This document shows positions 1-11,571 of a stretch of DNA of 64,000 nt, piece after piece. Below the pieces are notes generated by a model. The model saw only the letters and a list, made by a program, of their open reading frames with translations, made no database searches and was not told where the DNA came from. The DNA comes from Paraspadella gotoi. Taxonomy: Eukaryota; Animalia; Chaetognatha. Location of the stretch: the NCBI GenBank assembly GCA_051294375.1, contig JBJCIZ010000040.1:1-64000 (forward strand), written 5' to 3'. The position numbers were made by a program, and so were the translations under genes. How positions within the stretch are numbered: the stretch's first letter is position 1; each line of letters begins with the position of its first letter.

Positions 1-193
1 TGATGAAATGACGATTTAACAAGTTAATACTTTGTTGATAACGGATGTTAATGAATATTAACGATTATTAATGGTGAAAAGAATAGTATCAGATTACTAT
101 TTAATATTGAAAATGAAACGGTTTCGAAATTCGAATTTAAAGTTTGTTCAAAAGATTTGAACGTTTAGAAAGTTTGTGAAATGACTGACCCGT

Positions 194-627
194 TTATTTG
201 TTGCATGTAGAGGCCTCCTCGTCGGCGAATTGCTGCAGCAGGTGAGCCAATACTGGAGCATAAGATTGGCGGCTTGTATTGTTGATTTGCGCTGGTGAGT
301 AATCCTTTCTCGCGCGATACGAAAAATTTTCGGGGGTTGGTTTCGAAAAGGTGGGGAAATGGGGGAGAGAAAAAGAGGGAGAACGTTGAGGAGGCGGGGG
401 AGTGGCTCCGCGTTCGTCGTGCTCTTCATTTTGCGTTGATTCGGGTTCGGATAAGTTTTTATTTTCGAGTTTTTCGCCCTCCTCGGCTTTGTTTACGTTT
501 TTGTTTACGTTTTTCGCCGGTTTGTTTATTTCGTTGTTTAGAGGGGGAAATTCGAAAGGACAGTTGATGTTTGGGGGTGGGGGTGGAGCGGGGGAGGTGG
601 GGGAAGAGTGAGAGGGGGAAATCGAGT

Positions 628-660
<33 letters not shown>

Positions 661-3600
661 CTGAGTTCTTTGTTTTACTCGAGCGGAGGTTTCTCGTCGA
701 TGGAGCCGGCGCTCGAGTTCGCCAACCCGGGCGACGGCCGGGCGGAGGAGGCGAGGGAGGAGGAGAGGGTGTGCGTGGCGCTGAGGAGGCGTCGTGGGCG
801 TCATCGTCCGCCTCGTAGGCGGGTTTGAGGCGTGCAATGTTGACGTTCTCAGTCCCTCGCCCTGGAATTTGAAGTTTGAAAACTAATTGGTCGCGGGAGA
901 TGACGCGGTAAGGGCCTAGATATGGCGCCGAGAGTGACGTTGCCACGCCCCCTCGACGAACGTATACGTGGGAGGCGTTGCGGAGGGCGTCCGGAAGTTG
1001 GATGCGCGGTTGACGATGCGTTGTAGTGGGAACTGGCTGGAGACGAGCTACCTCGAGTCGAAGATTGGCGAGTGCGCGTCGACGCTGTTGGCGCTCTTCC
1101 GCGTCACTTCCGGTTTGCGTTGAAATCAAGTCTCCGGGGACAGCTATAGCTTCTCCGTATACCAGTTCGGCTGGGGATGCTCCCACGTCGGGTTTTAAGG
1201 TCGTACGTATAGCGAGAAGGGAGCAAGGCAGCCGCCAATACCAATCGCCTGTCTTATCGGCGCCGAGGGCGATGAGAGACTCTTTGAGTCTGCGATGGAA
1301 CCTTTCTACTAAGCCGTTTGATTGGGGATGGTATGAAGTTGTGAGACAATGGCGGATTCCCCATGATTTTAAAAGTTGTTTCCATGTCTCGGAGAGGAAT
1401 TGGGATCCCCTATCGGTCGTGATGGTAGAGGGGATTCCAAATGATGATATCCATCCATGAACTAATGCATCGGCGACGGTTTTCGCGGCGATGTCTTTCA
1501 TCGGGACGGCCATGGGCCAGCGGGTGAAGCGATCTACCGCTGTTAGTACATAGTTGAATCCATTTGATGGGGGTAATGAGACTATGTCGACATGGATATG
1601 AGCGAATCGGCGATCGGGGAGGTCGAAAGTGCCGATCTCGGGGATGATATTTTTCGTCACCTTCGCGCGTTGGCACTCTGGGCATTCTCTCGCCCATCTC
1701 GAGACATCTGAGCGGATAGAGGGCCAGACGAATTTGTTACAGATGGTTTGGCGAGTTCTTTCGATTCCAGGGTGGCCCAGGTTGTGCACCGTCTCGAATA
1801 TTCGGCGGCGCCAGGAGTGTGGGACGAAAGGACGTGGTGGGCCGTTGCTCACGTCGACGATGATGTGCGTGTCGCCGATAGGGACTCGGCGAAAACGAAG
1901 ACCAGACGCTGCATCGGCGGAAATTCGCTGATACTCCGCGTCCAGTGGTTGATCGCCGGCCATCTGTTCGAGATCTACGCCATGCTGAAGGATTGATGCG
2001 GCGATGTCGACGAGGTTTTGTTGTTTCTCCGATGGGATCTCTTTGCTGATGGCGGCGACGATGGGAGGGATTGAGGTTTCAGGGGGGGAGAAAGAGGGAA
2101 AAAGAGGGGGAGGGGTAGGAGAAGGGGGGGGAGAAGAGATAGGATCAGGGATTACTTCCGGTTGTTGCGTAGCGTTTGGGCGAGAGAGAGAGTCGGCAAC
2201 AACATTTGCCTTGCCTGCTAGGTATTGAATATCAGTTGTGTACTCTGCAATTCCGGCCAACTGATAAGTTTGGCGGGCTGTGTGAGGCTCCGCTTTCTTA
2301 GCTAGAGCAGGGACTAAGGACTTATGGTCAGTGTAGAGAGTGAATTGTCGACCCTCTATCATTGTCCTGAAATGGCGTACGGCTCGCCAGGCCGCCAGCA
2401 ACTCCCGATCAAATGGAGGCCAGAGTTGCTGGTTTTTTTGTAGTTTAGCGGAGAAAAAAGATAAGGGTTCCCATCCACGTGGGCCTCGCTGCTCAAGCAC
2501 TGCGCCGATTGCTGTGTTTGATGCATCGGATGTTATGGCGAGTTGTGCATTTGGGCGAGGATGTCCAAGCATGGTGGCTTCAGATAAAGCTTGTTTTATC
2601 GCGTTGAATGATTGTTGACAATCTTGAGTCCATGTTAAGGTTCTCGGTTTGGTTTTTGACTTGAGAGCCTCAAAGAGGGGATAGAGATGATGTGCGGATC
2701 TCGGTATGAAACGTCTATAATAGTTTATCATGCCGAGAAACCGCTGAAGTTCTTTGATTGTCGTTGGAGGTGAAACGTCCCTGATCGCGGCTATCCGGTC
2801 GGGGAGAGGAGAGATGCCGTTGGAGTTTACTCTATATCCTAGGAAATCCAACTCAGATTTACCGAGAACACATTTTTGCCTATTCACCACGAGGCCGTTC
2901 TGGTGTAGCCTGTCGAAGACTTCGCGAAGATGCTCTTCGTGTTCCTGATGGTTGTTCGACGCGACTAGAATATCGTCAATGTAGACGAATAGATATGGAA
3001 GGCCGTCCAAGATTTCGTCCATAAGACGCTGGAAATCTTGGCCCGCGTTTTTGAGCCCGAAAGGGGTACGCGGGAAAACGAATAGGCCAAAAGGAGTGAT
3101 TACTCCTGTTTTCGGGACATCCTGTTCCGCCACGGGGATTTGGTGGTATCCCTTTAACAAGTCTATTTTGCTAAAGACGCTTTTACCACTGAGATTGGCG
3201 TTGAAATCATTCAACGTCTTGACCGGGTATTTATCGTCTATTGTGGAGTTATTGAGGCGTCTAAAGTCGCCACAAACGCGGTGCCCGCCATCAGGCTTGT
3301 TTACCACTAGTAGTGGTGACGCCCACTCGCTCTTTGCGCGCCGTGCGATGCCAAGCTGACAAAGTTTGTCGAGCTCCTTGCGTGCGACTTCGAGCTTATC
3401 GGGGGCGAGCCTGCGGGCTCGAGATTGTACGGGGCGCCCTGTCGTGGGTATGTAGTGGCGTACCCCGTGTTTGGGTTCCATGGGCTGAAAAGAAGGAGTG
3501 CAAAGATCTTTGTATGAATCTAATAGTTTATAATACGGGTCATCCGCTTGATTTACAAAATTGATTCTAATTGGTTGCTGTCTATTGGCACGGGAAGCGG

Positions 3601-4012
3601 GAATACTACTATAATCAAGCAGGTCGATTAAAAATCCATCGCGATGGTTGGGGGCTAGGTAATGTTGGGCTAAAAAGTCTGAACCTAGCAGGGGTTGGGT
3701 GACTTCGGCTATGGTGACTACGAATGGAAAAACACGTTTCCCCAGATGGACCTGCACATCCTTGTAGCCATAGCAAGTGATAGATGTACCATTGGCAGCC
3801 CTTAACTCTGTTTTGACTGCTCCTCGTTCCCTGTCTTCCTTTGATGGAGGAATGATGGATACCGTTGCTCCTCCATCGATCAGCCAATTCATTTTGTTCT
3901 TTTTGTCGTGAACGAAGAGTAGCGCATCACGGCTGTCAATGATTGGGCCGGTCGGGACGGAGTTCACTTCCTCCCGCCGGCCTTGCCGTTTTCCTGTCTC
4001 TGACGGTAGCAT
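194..4012 (-). CDS. pol: Pol polyprotein (protease, RT, RNase H, integrase), expressed by -1 frameshift from gag
   Basis: Protease LIDGGATVSII; RT PFGLKNA and YIDD; RNase H TSDAS / RELLA / YTDH / ADSL; integrase H-H-C-C, VDIV / TDRGSQF / NGLVERFH and a GPY module; long Pro-rich C-terminal tail. Confidence 0.97.
3946..3994 (-). promoter_or_regulatory. -1 ribosomal frameshift signal (slippery heptamer plus stem-loop)
   Basis: G GAA AAC at 3994-3988 in the gag frame, a 5-nt spacer, then the hairpin GGCCGG-CGGGA...TCCCG-A-CCGGCC (3982-3946). pol is in the -1 frame. Confidence 0.85.
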
Positions 4013-5157
4013 CCTGCTTCACACTTTTTGGCGGCGTCGCCATAGCGCTTGTGATAGAAACAGATGTCTACCTTTGTGGTTTTGGCTTGATGGCCTTGAG
4101 TTGACTCCGTTGTGGTTTTTTCGAAGGTATTGGGTCGCCTGTTGGGAACGAATGGGCGGCGCGGTTGTTGATTGTGACGCTGGCGATTTACTGCGTTGAT
4201 GTCGTCGTTGAAGGCTTGTTGGTCCTCAGGCATAAGGGGCTGGATCGACGGGTTGACGGCGAAAGCGGTTGACGCCGTCGATGGATGTAGCGTTTTGCCG
4301 TCGCGGTCGAAATAAGCGTCGGCTAGTTGCGCTGCCATCTCCGCGTCGACAGTCTCTACTCGTTCGGCGAGGCTGCGCTGTACTTCCGTTGGAAGTTCGC
4401 GTAAGAGTAGCTCCTTCATGACGTCATCGATGGTAACCTTGCCGGCTTTTTCTTTGATGAGGGCCAGCAGTTGTGATGGTCGACGACCTTCGCGGCGGGT
4501 GCCGTCGATGAGGGATGCTGCTTGTTGCGCCCTTGTGCGTCCATATTCTGAGCGCAAGTAAGAGAGAAAAGCACGCCAGCGTTCATCGGTCGCGGCGCCG
4601 AAAAGGAAAGCATTTATTCTGGGGTTGAGGTCGACAGCGAATTTGTCCTCTAGGAAAGCGAATTTTTCTTTTGCAGAGACGGTGCCAGCGCGCGTATAGG
4701 CCGCCTCCACGCGCTGTATCCATAGCTCGATGTTGTCGGCGTCAAAATCAGGCAGTTTTGGTTTTTTGAGACCAATGCCCGACAACGACGCCGTCAGCGT
4801 GGCGGCGAGGGCGCGGACTAAATCCGCGTGTGGATCTGACGCGGCTGCTGCCGCTGCTGCTGCTACTGGAGCGGCGTCCGCCATAGGGTTGATCAATCGA
4901 GGCGACGGTGGATAGGCGAAGTTGTTGTCTGACGCCTCAGGATTGGGAGAGTTTGTCGGCGTGAGTCGACGGCGGCCGAAACCATATATGTGTGGAGGCG
5001 CTAGATTTTCCGATGTCGCCGGCGATTGAGTGCCGTTGTGCGCTGTCTTGGCGCGGGTGGCGTTGGCGGGACCGCTCATTCGTCGAGTGAGTGTATTGAT
5101 CGATGACGATGTTGGGGAGAAAAGGAGGGAGGGATTGGAGTGGTTAGGGATAGGCAA
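3964..5157 (-). CDS. gag: Gag; the true start is probably a downstream ATG (MSGPANA or MADAAP)
   Basis: Capsid-like N-terminal motif KLPDFDADNIELWIQRVE and CHCC box CFYHKRYGDAAKKCEAGC; overlaps the start of pol. Confidence 0.93.
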   Translation of the reverse strand: MPIPNHSNPSLLFSPTSSSINTLTRRMSGPANATRAKTAHNGTQSPATSENLAPPHIYGFGRRRLTPTNSPNPEASDNNFAYPPSPRLINPMADAAPVAAAAAAAASDPHADLVRALAATLTASLSGIGLKKPKLPDFDADNIELWIQRVEAAYTRAGTVSAKEKFAFLEDKFAVDLNPRINAFLFGAATDERWRAFLSYLRSEYGRTRAQQAASLIDGTRREGRRPSQLLALIKEKAGKVTIDDVMKELLLRELPTEVQRSLAERVETVDAEMAAQLADAYFDRDGKTLHPSTASTAFAVNPSIQPLMPEDQQAFNDDINAVNRQRHNQQPRRPFVPNRRPNTFEKTTTESTQGHQAKTTKVDICFYHKRYGDAAKKCEAGCYRQRQENGKAGGRK

Positions 5158-5424
5158 GTTGACAGCCTAATTCAATCACGAGCTTGCCTACCTCAGGAAG
5201 AAATCCACTCCGCGACGTCTTCTTGTTTGAAAATGAGATTCATCTTGTCTGGGTTGACGTCGTCTTGTTCTTGACGTCGACAGAGAGAGAATTTATTAGA
5301 CTTCGTTTTGACGTCGAGAGAGAAAGGCTGAGATTTGTTTTGTTTCAGTGTGACAAGACTATGTTGAAGGAAAAGTTCCCTAAGGCTTTGATTTTAATTC
5401 AGAAGGTTGGAATTTATCTTTTAA

Positions 5425-5437
5425 GTCGGGTTTACCA
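5425..5437 (-). promoter_or_regulatory. Primer binding site, tRNA-Trp-like (TGGTAAACCCGAC)
   Basis: Lies 2 nt after the LTR end TCTACA and resembles the Trp PBS TGGTGACCCCGAC. Confidence 0.8.
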
Positions 5438-5439
5438 GA

Positions 5440-5533
5440 TGTAGATAATAGGCGGTTACCCTGGCACGAGCAGGTAAGTGACAGAATCACCAAATCAGAT
5501 CACCAAATCGACTTCGAGAATCACGTGACTACA
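5440..5533 (-). repeat. Putative 5' LTR, only 94 bp (TGTAGTCA...TTATCTACA)
   Basis: Inverted TGTAG/CTACA termini, an adjacent PBS, and the same termini on the TRIM at 57617-57900. The partner LTR is not in the window. Confidence 0.75.
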
Positions 5534-5660
5534 ATAAGACTCCATCTTGGATATATAAAAGGCGAGACTAGCGTTCGACGTTTAAAGTAAAACAAAAGAT
5601 CATTTGGAAAGTGAAATCATAATAATATAACTGGGTATTGAACTTCCAAAATATCGAATC

Positions 5661-5731
5661 GCCCATTGGTATAATGGTTAGCGAGCGGGACGGTGGCTCA
5701 CAAGGTCACCGGATCGAATCTCCTCGAAGCA
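5661..5731 (+). pseudogene. tRNA-derived sequence (pseudo-tRNA or SINE head, possibly His-GTG-like)
   Basis: A-box TGGTATAATGG and B-box GGATCGAATC at tRNA spacing; the stems do not pair well. Confidence 0.55.
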
Positions 5732-5900
5732 GTATTATTTATAAAATATAATTACCAGTAAAAAAGGATTCGAGGACGTTTCTAATAATATAAGAAGTCG
5801 ATATATAAATATATAAACGATAAAAATTATAAGTGATCGATTTGGTTAATTAACTAATTAATTAAATACTTTTTTTAATGTGCCAGGGTTTAACGGCTAC

Positions 5901-7179
5901 AACCCTAACCCTAACCCTAACCCCTAACCGCTAACCCTAAACCCTAACCGCTAACCCTAACCCTAACCCTAACCCTAACCTAACCCTTAACCCTAACGCC
6001 TAACCCTAACCCTAACCTAACCCTAACCTAACCTCTAACGCCTACCTAACCCATAACCCTAACCTAACCCCTAAGCCTAAACCCCTAACCTAACCCTAAA
6101 CCTAAACCCTAACCTAACCCTAACCTAACCTAACTAACCCTAACCGCTAAACCCCTAACCCTAAAACCCTAACCCTCAACCTAACCCTAACCCTAACCCT
6201 AACCCTAACCCTAACCCTAACAACCCTAACCCATCCTAACCCTAACCCTAACCCTAACCCTAACCCTAACCCTACGCCTAAACCCTAACCTATCCTAACA
6301 ACCCTAACCCTAACCCCCATAACCCCAAACTCAAATCGTTCGCCAACCCGATGCTAACGAATACCTAATGATTCTAATTCGCCTAACCGAAGTAACGTCC
6401 ACGCAACCCTAAACCCTAACCCTAACCCTAACGCCTAACCTCCTAAACCCTAAACCACCTAACCCTAACACCTAACGCACTAACCCTAAAACCCTAAACC
6501 CTAAACCCTAACCCTAACCCTACCCGTAACCCTAACCGTAACCCTAACCCAACCCTAACCTAACCCTATACCCTAAACCCTAACCCTAACCCTAACCCTA
6601 ACCCCAACCCTCAACCCTAACCCTAACCCTAACCCTAAAACGCCTAAACCCTAACCCTAACCCTGCTAACCCTAACCCGTAACCCTAACCGCCCCTAACG
6701 CCTAACCCTATAACCCTAACCCTAACCTAATCTACCCTAGACCTAACCCTAACCCTAACCCCGCTACCTCCTACGACCCTAACCCTAACCCTAACCTAAC
6801 CCTAACTCAGCTACACCCTAACCCTAACCCTAATCCGCTAACCAAGTTGGCCACTAACCCTAAACCCTCCTCCCTAACCCCTAAACCCTAACCTAACCTA
6901 ACAGCCCTAACTACCTAACCCAGCTAACCCTAACCCTAACCCTAACCTACCCTAACCTAAAGCCTACCTAACCCTAACCCTAACCTAACGAACCTAACCC
7001 TAACCTGCCTAACCCCCTAGACCTAACGCCTAACGCCTAACAACCTAACCACTAACCCTAAACCCCTAACCCTAACCGCTAACCCTAACCCCTAACCCTA
7101 AACCTAACCTAACCCTAACCCAACTCTACACCTAACCTCTCCCTAACAACCTTAACCTAACCCTAACCCTAACCTAACC
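5901..7179 (-). repeat. Internal telomeric array (TTAGGG)n, about 1.28 kb, degenerate or noisy
   Basis: Continuous CCCTAA repeats on the + strand with many indel variants, flanked by non-telomeric DNA on both sides. Confidence 0.97.
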
Positions 7180-7522
7180 GACGGAGCAGAGATTAATTGA
7201 TTCGATGATAATAATTGATTTATTATTGTTGACATTAATTAATCGAAAATAAAATCATTTCTCATATTGATAATGTACTTAGTTACATTTGTAAGATGAA
7301 GAAAAATAATTCGATAAAAGTTTTATCATGAATTTATTTATTCAAGATTTGAAACAAGACTGATTCAATCATTTTTGAATTTCATAAAGAAAACAGTTAG
7401 AAAACAGATGTTTTATTGGCGGTAAAACCCCTACTGTTTTGTTACATAAATCAAAGGAAAAACAAAAGGCTTCGATGATGTTTTAAAGCTTCAAAAGTCG
7501 AAAATAAAACTGGGATTTGCAG

Positions 7523-7596
7523 GCCGCCTGGTTGGCCGACAGCTTAGGCTCGACGCTCGCCAGACCCTGAGTCGATGGTTCGAATCCCGGTTGGAT
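7523..7596 (+). pseudogene. tRNA-derived sequence / SINE head
   Basis: Degenerate A-box (TGGCCGACAG) and a perfect B-box GGTTCGAATCCC; 5' end GCCGCCTGGTTGGC resembles the copy at 8190. Confidence 0.55.
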
Positions 7597-8115
7597 TTCT
7601 TATAGTTAGTTATAACTTACGCCATCGTTATGAAGGAGCTGATAAAACGTCAAGCGGTGGAAAACAATAACTATAACAATAACGACACAGAAACAAAAAA
7701 CAAAATCCCCGCTATTGGGCCTAGGCCTAGATCAACTGTTGCAACCAATCTTTAGTTTCTTCCTCCAAGCAACACCCAAGGCGGTGGCTACAACAGTTGA
7801 TACTGTTTTTTACCCAGTATTATTGCCTATATAATATTGTTTTGAATTTTACACATTTTTGAAATTTTTGTACTCGTATGAAACGATTTTTATTTGATTA
7901 TTGATTCGCGTCATGAGAAAAGTCGGTCAAGTTAATCGAAACGTCAATTTTAAAACCCATTTTATTTTAAATCGATATTTTAATTTTTATCATCATACTT
8001 TACACTCATTCTTTAGACGACAACGAAATTATTTTGTAATATTAAGTCCCTTATATTCCAACAGCGGAAGATATAGCCGTCGAACGAAGAGATAATTTAT
8101 GATTATAAATCATCA

Positions 8116-8190
8116 GTCCGCTCCGGGAATCGAACCCGGTACCGAGAATCCCGGGACGCCTGGCTTAGAGCCCACTGCCATCCGGGCGGC
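8116..8190 (-). pseudogene. tRNA-derived sequence / SINE head
   Basis: Minus strand reads GCCGCCCGGATGGCAGTGG...CCGGGTTCGATTCCCGG with an intact T-arm; no convincing anticodon arm. Confidence 0.6.
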
Positions 8191-8452
8191 TTAGAATATC
8201 TGAATTAAAATCTTGACTAATGATTTTATCTCGATTCAATCTTTTGTTTCCATTTTAACTGATTTCGATTTCTCCTTATAAAACAAGATGGCGTTTGATT
8301 CTTAAACCTTTTGTTTGACGACGGTTTACTTTTGAATCTGAAAAACAGATTTGTATTTCATGATGAATATACATTATTTTCGTTTCTACTTTCAAATCGT
8401 TTTTAATTCTCAATAACAAATGTAATAAGTACATTTCTACATATTGAAGAAC

Positions 8453-9646
8453 AAGTTTGAGCAAACAATGTCGGATCTGCCTACGAAAACTAATTAATTA
8501 ATTAATTAATTAATTAATCGATTAATTAATTAATTTTAATATTTAATAATTAATTATAAATTAATATACAGCTTATCATCATCGATGTCCTTAAAATAAA
8601 GTAAATGTGACTTATATTTTTTCCATTTAAACTCATTTCCACTGGCACAATTCCGTCATAACTTTATATCTAGCTTCTTCACAAACTTTCCTTCCCGCTC
8701 ACAAAATTTCATCTCAATCTATTATGGGTTAAAATAAATAAAAAGAGTCAAGTAAATGTGACTCATATTTTTTTCATTTAAACTCATTTCTCTTGTACTG
8801 AAACTTTATATCAAGCTTCGTCACACATTTTCCTACCCACACACAAAATTTGAACTCAATCTATCCATCCAATTATGATTAATCATATCCACTCACACGA
8901 TTCCATCGAAACTTTATATCCAGCTTCATCACACATGTTCCTACCCATACACAAAATTTCATTCCGATCCAACCAGCCAATCACGAGTAATTGGGGCTTT
9001 TTTCTAAGGTGGGATGGATGGATGGATTTATTGACTGATTAATTAATTAGTGACTAATTAATTGACTAATTGATTAATAATTAACTGATTAATTATTTGA
9101 TTTATTAATTCATCCTGCATATACATTTAATATAAAAGGAAAAAAAATCATAATCAATTAGTGAAACAGGTTTTTTGTATTTTTCCATTTAAACTCATTT
9201 CCACTCAAACGATTCCATCGAAACTTGGTTTCCTGTTCAATTACACACTTTCCTACTCACATACAAAATTCCAGGTCAATCGCCCCATCCACTCATGAGC
9301 AATTGGTGTTCAAATAGTGAATTATATTTTTTTGTTTTTCCATTTAAACTCATTTCCACTCAGACGATTCCATAGAAACTTTATAACTAGCTCAATCACA
9401 CACTTCCCTACCCACACACAAAATTTCATTCAAATCCATCAATCAAATCATGGGTAATTGGTGTTTTTTGCTAAAGTGGGATGGACGGATGGACGGACGG
9501 ACATCATTTTTTTTGCAAAATTTATCATAATTCGATGTTCTGACATGATATAAGTTAGTGCCCGACAATATTGAGGGGGCGGACCGACGGACTGCCAAAG
9601 TGAATTATAGAGTCGGGATCTGATAATAAGCAAATCCGACTAAAAA
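8453..9646 (-). mobile_element. DINE-1/HINE-like non-autonomous Helentron, full-length copy with internal ~120-bp tandem repeats
   Basis: 5' subterminal repeat GTCGGATTTGC with a nearby inverted copy, (CCGT/CCAT)n microsatellite, 3' subterminal GCAGATCCGAC followed by the short hairpin GTTTG-CT-CAAAC, and T-rich ends. Confidence 0.8.
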
Positions 9647-9879
9647 CTAATTCGAATCTCAAATAATGTTTTTACTCGTTTAAAACAAATCAATTAATCT
9701 CATCGAATGAATTATTAATCTCAAACTCATGAAACATTATTCTACAAACGATTGAAACGAATCTTATCTCGCGCCCGTTTTCCCTGCATCGTTGGACGCC
9801 AACTCATAAACTCGTGGCGCCACTACTTTAGACAAAACTTGTGGATGTATAACGCTTTTAACAGTTTTTAAGTCATTTT

Positions 9880-11131
9880 TAACCTTAAATTTTTTTTTTT
9901 GAAATTCGGAATTTATTTTCATTTGTCTCTTTTATATTCATTCCTTGTTGTTCCATATTGTTTGTTGATCATAATTTTAATATGTTTGAAATTTTTTTGG
10001 CTCTTTGTGGCAAAGATGGCTACTGTAATGACTAAAGAAACAAAGCCAAGCAAGACAATATTCACTACTTCTCAGATGCATCCTATTGTATAAAAAAAAT
10101 AACTTTAAAAAGTTCATTTAATAATTAATTCAATTAAAAAAGTAATTCTCATAAAAACAATACAATAAAATTGAAATATTTTTTCAAAAACCTGATTTTT
10201 TGCCCAATCATCAGGCATAATCTTTTGAATAATAAAGGTCAATTTTGTCATTGCAGAGATGAGTTTGACAATAGCAAATGATACCTGGACCTATACCTAA
10301 TGTTGAGCCATCACGAACAGCCCCAAAAAAGCATCGTTGTTGCGGTACTTCTGGTGAACAAAAGGATAAGACCTATAAAATAAAGTAAACTTTTTTCAAC
10401 ATCTTTTCAACAAATAAAGAGATATGAATGAGATATGAATAAGATATGATATGATATTATATGAAATTTTAATGTTTATATGTCTATCATAATCTACAAA
10501 GCATAAGCTTTAATTTGAGACCTCTCCCAACTTTCTTTTACTTTTCATTTTTGAAATATAATTAAAAATTAGAATTTTTTTTCAAAAAGATTAATCAATT
10601 AGTACCTTTGAACAGATTATTTGTTAAAAGATAAAAATAAAGATACAAATATGTTCTCAAAATGCAGTTTTACATATTAGGCTTCAAAATAAGTTTTTTT
10701 AAATTAATAATAATTTTAATATAAAATTTTTTAAAATTAAAAGAATATTTAAAAAAATAATAATATATACTCTAATTAAGTATTAAAAGTTAAAGTATTA
10801 TGTTTGGGAGCTATTATTATCATATAATTTTATAAATAATTTTCTTTTTTTGATAAGTAATAAAACATATAATTATTTTTAAAAGCTGGATATGATTTTG
10901 AATTAAAGTGCTCAGCTAATATTTATCTATTAGTTTATTTGAGATTAAGTTTTAATTAAATATCACATATTGTGGTATTCCTTTCGTTTCGTTGTTTTGG
11001 TGTTTTAGCGAAAACAAAGTTTAGAATTTGTATTACAACGATTTTATTTAAAATAATCAGACATGTTTCGACCCTTGTTCGAGCCTTCATCAGTGTTTGA
11101 CAGACTATCAAAAACTTTTTGCAGAAGTAAA

Positions 11132-11169
<38 letters not shown>

Positions 11170-11511
11170 TTAAAGTTTCCAACAAAGTGGTGAGACAGAA
11201 TAGTGGTCAGAGGTGATGACAGGTGAAGGCAAGGACAGATTGAGTGAGTTTTTGAAAAAGAAAGTGAAATGGTCAAACAGAGAGAGAGTGAGAAAGAGAG
11301 AGAGAGGTAATATGTTACATTTGTGTAATGTACAAAAAAGATATAAGTTTTTAAAATGGAAATAACAATTAGCTCTCTCTCTCTCTCACTCTCTCTCTGT
11401 TTGATCATTTCACTTTCTTTTTCAAAAACTCACTCAATCTGTCCTTGCCTTCACCTGTCCTCACCTCTGACCACTATTCTGTCTCACCACTTTGTTGGAA
11501 ACTTTAACTCC

Positions 11512-11571
<60 letters not shown>

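Larger units (their letters stand above)
1..5533 (-). mobile_element. Ty3/Gypsy LTR retrotransposon of the CsRn1/Kabuki/Boudicca type, apparently intact; 3' LTR lies outside the window
   Basis: Order is LTR, PBS, gag, then pol (PR-RT-RH-IN). Gag carries a C-x2-H-x9-C-x3-C box and the PBS is tRNA-Trp-like; both are hallmarks of this clade. Both ORFs are uninterrupted. Confidence 0.95.

Noticed and set aside
295-3887. Numerous short ORFs overlapping pol
   Set aside because: They are shadow frames of GC-rich coding sequence.
5661-8190. Functional tRNA genes
   Set aside because: A/B boxes are present but the acceptor and anticodon stems do not pair, so they are kept as tRNA-derived only.
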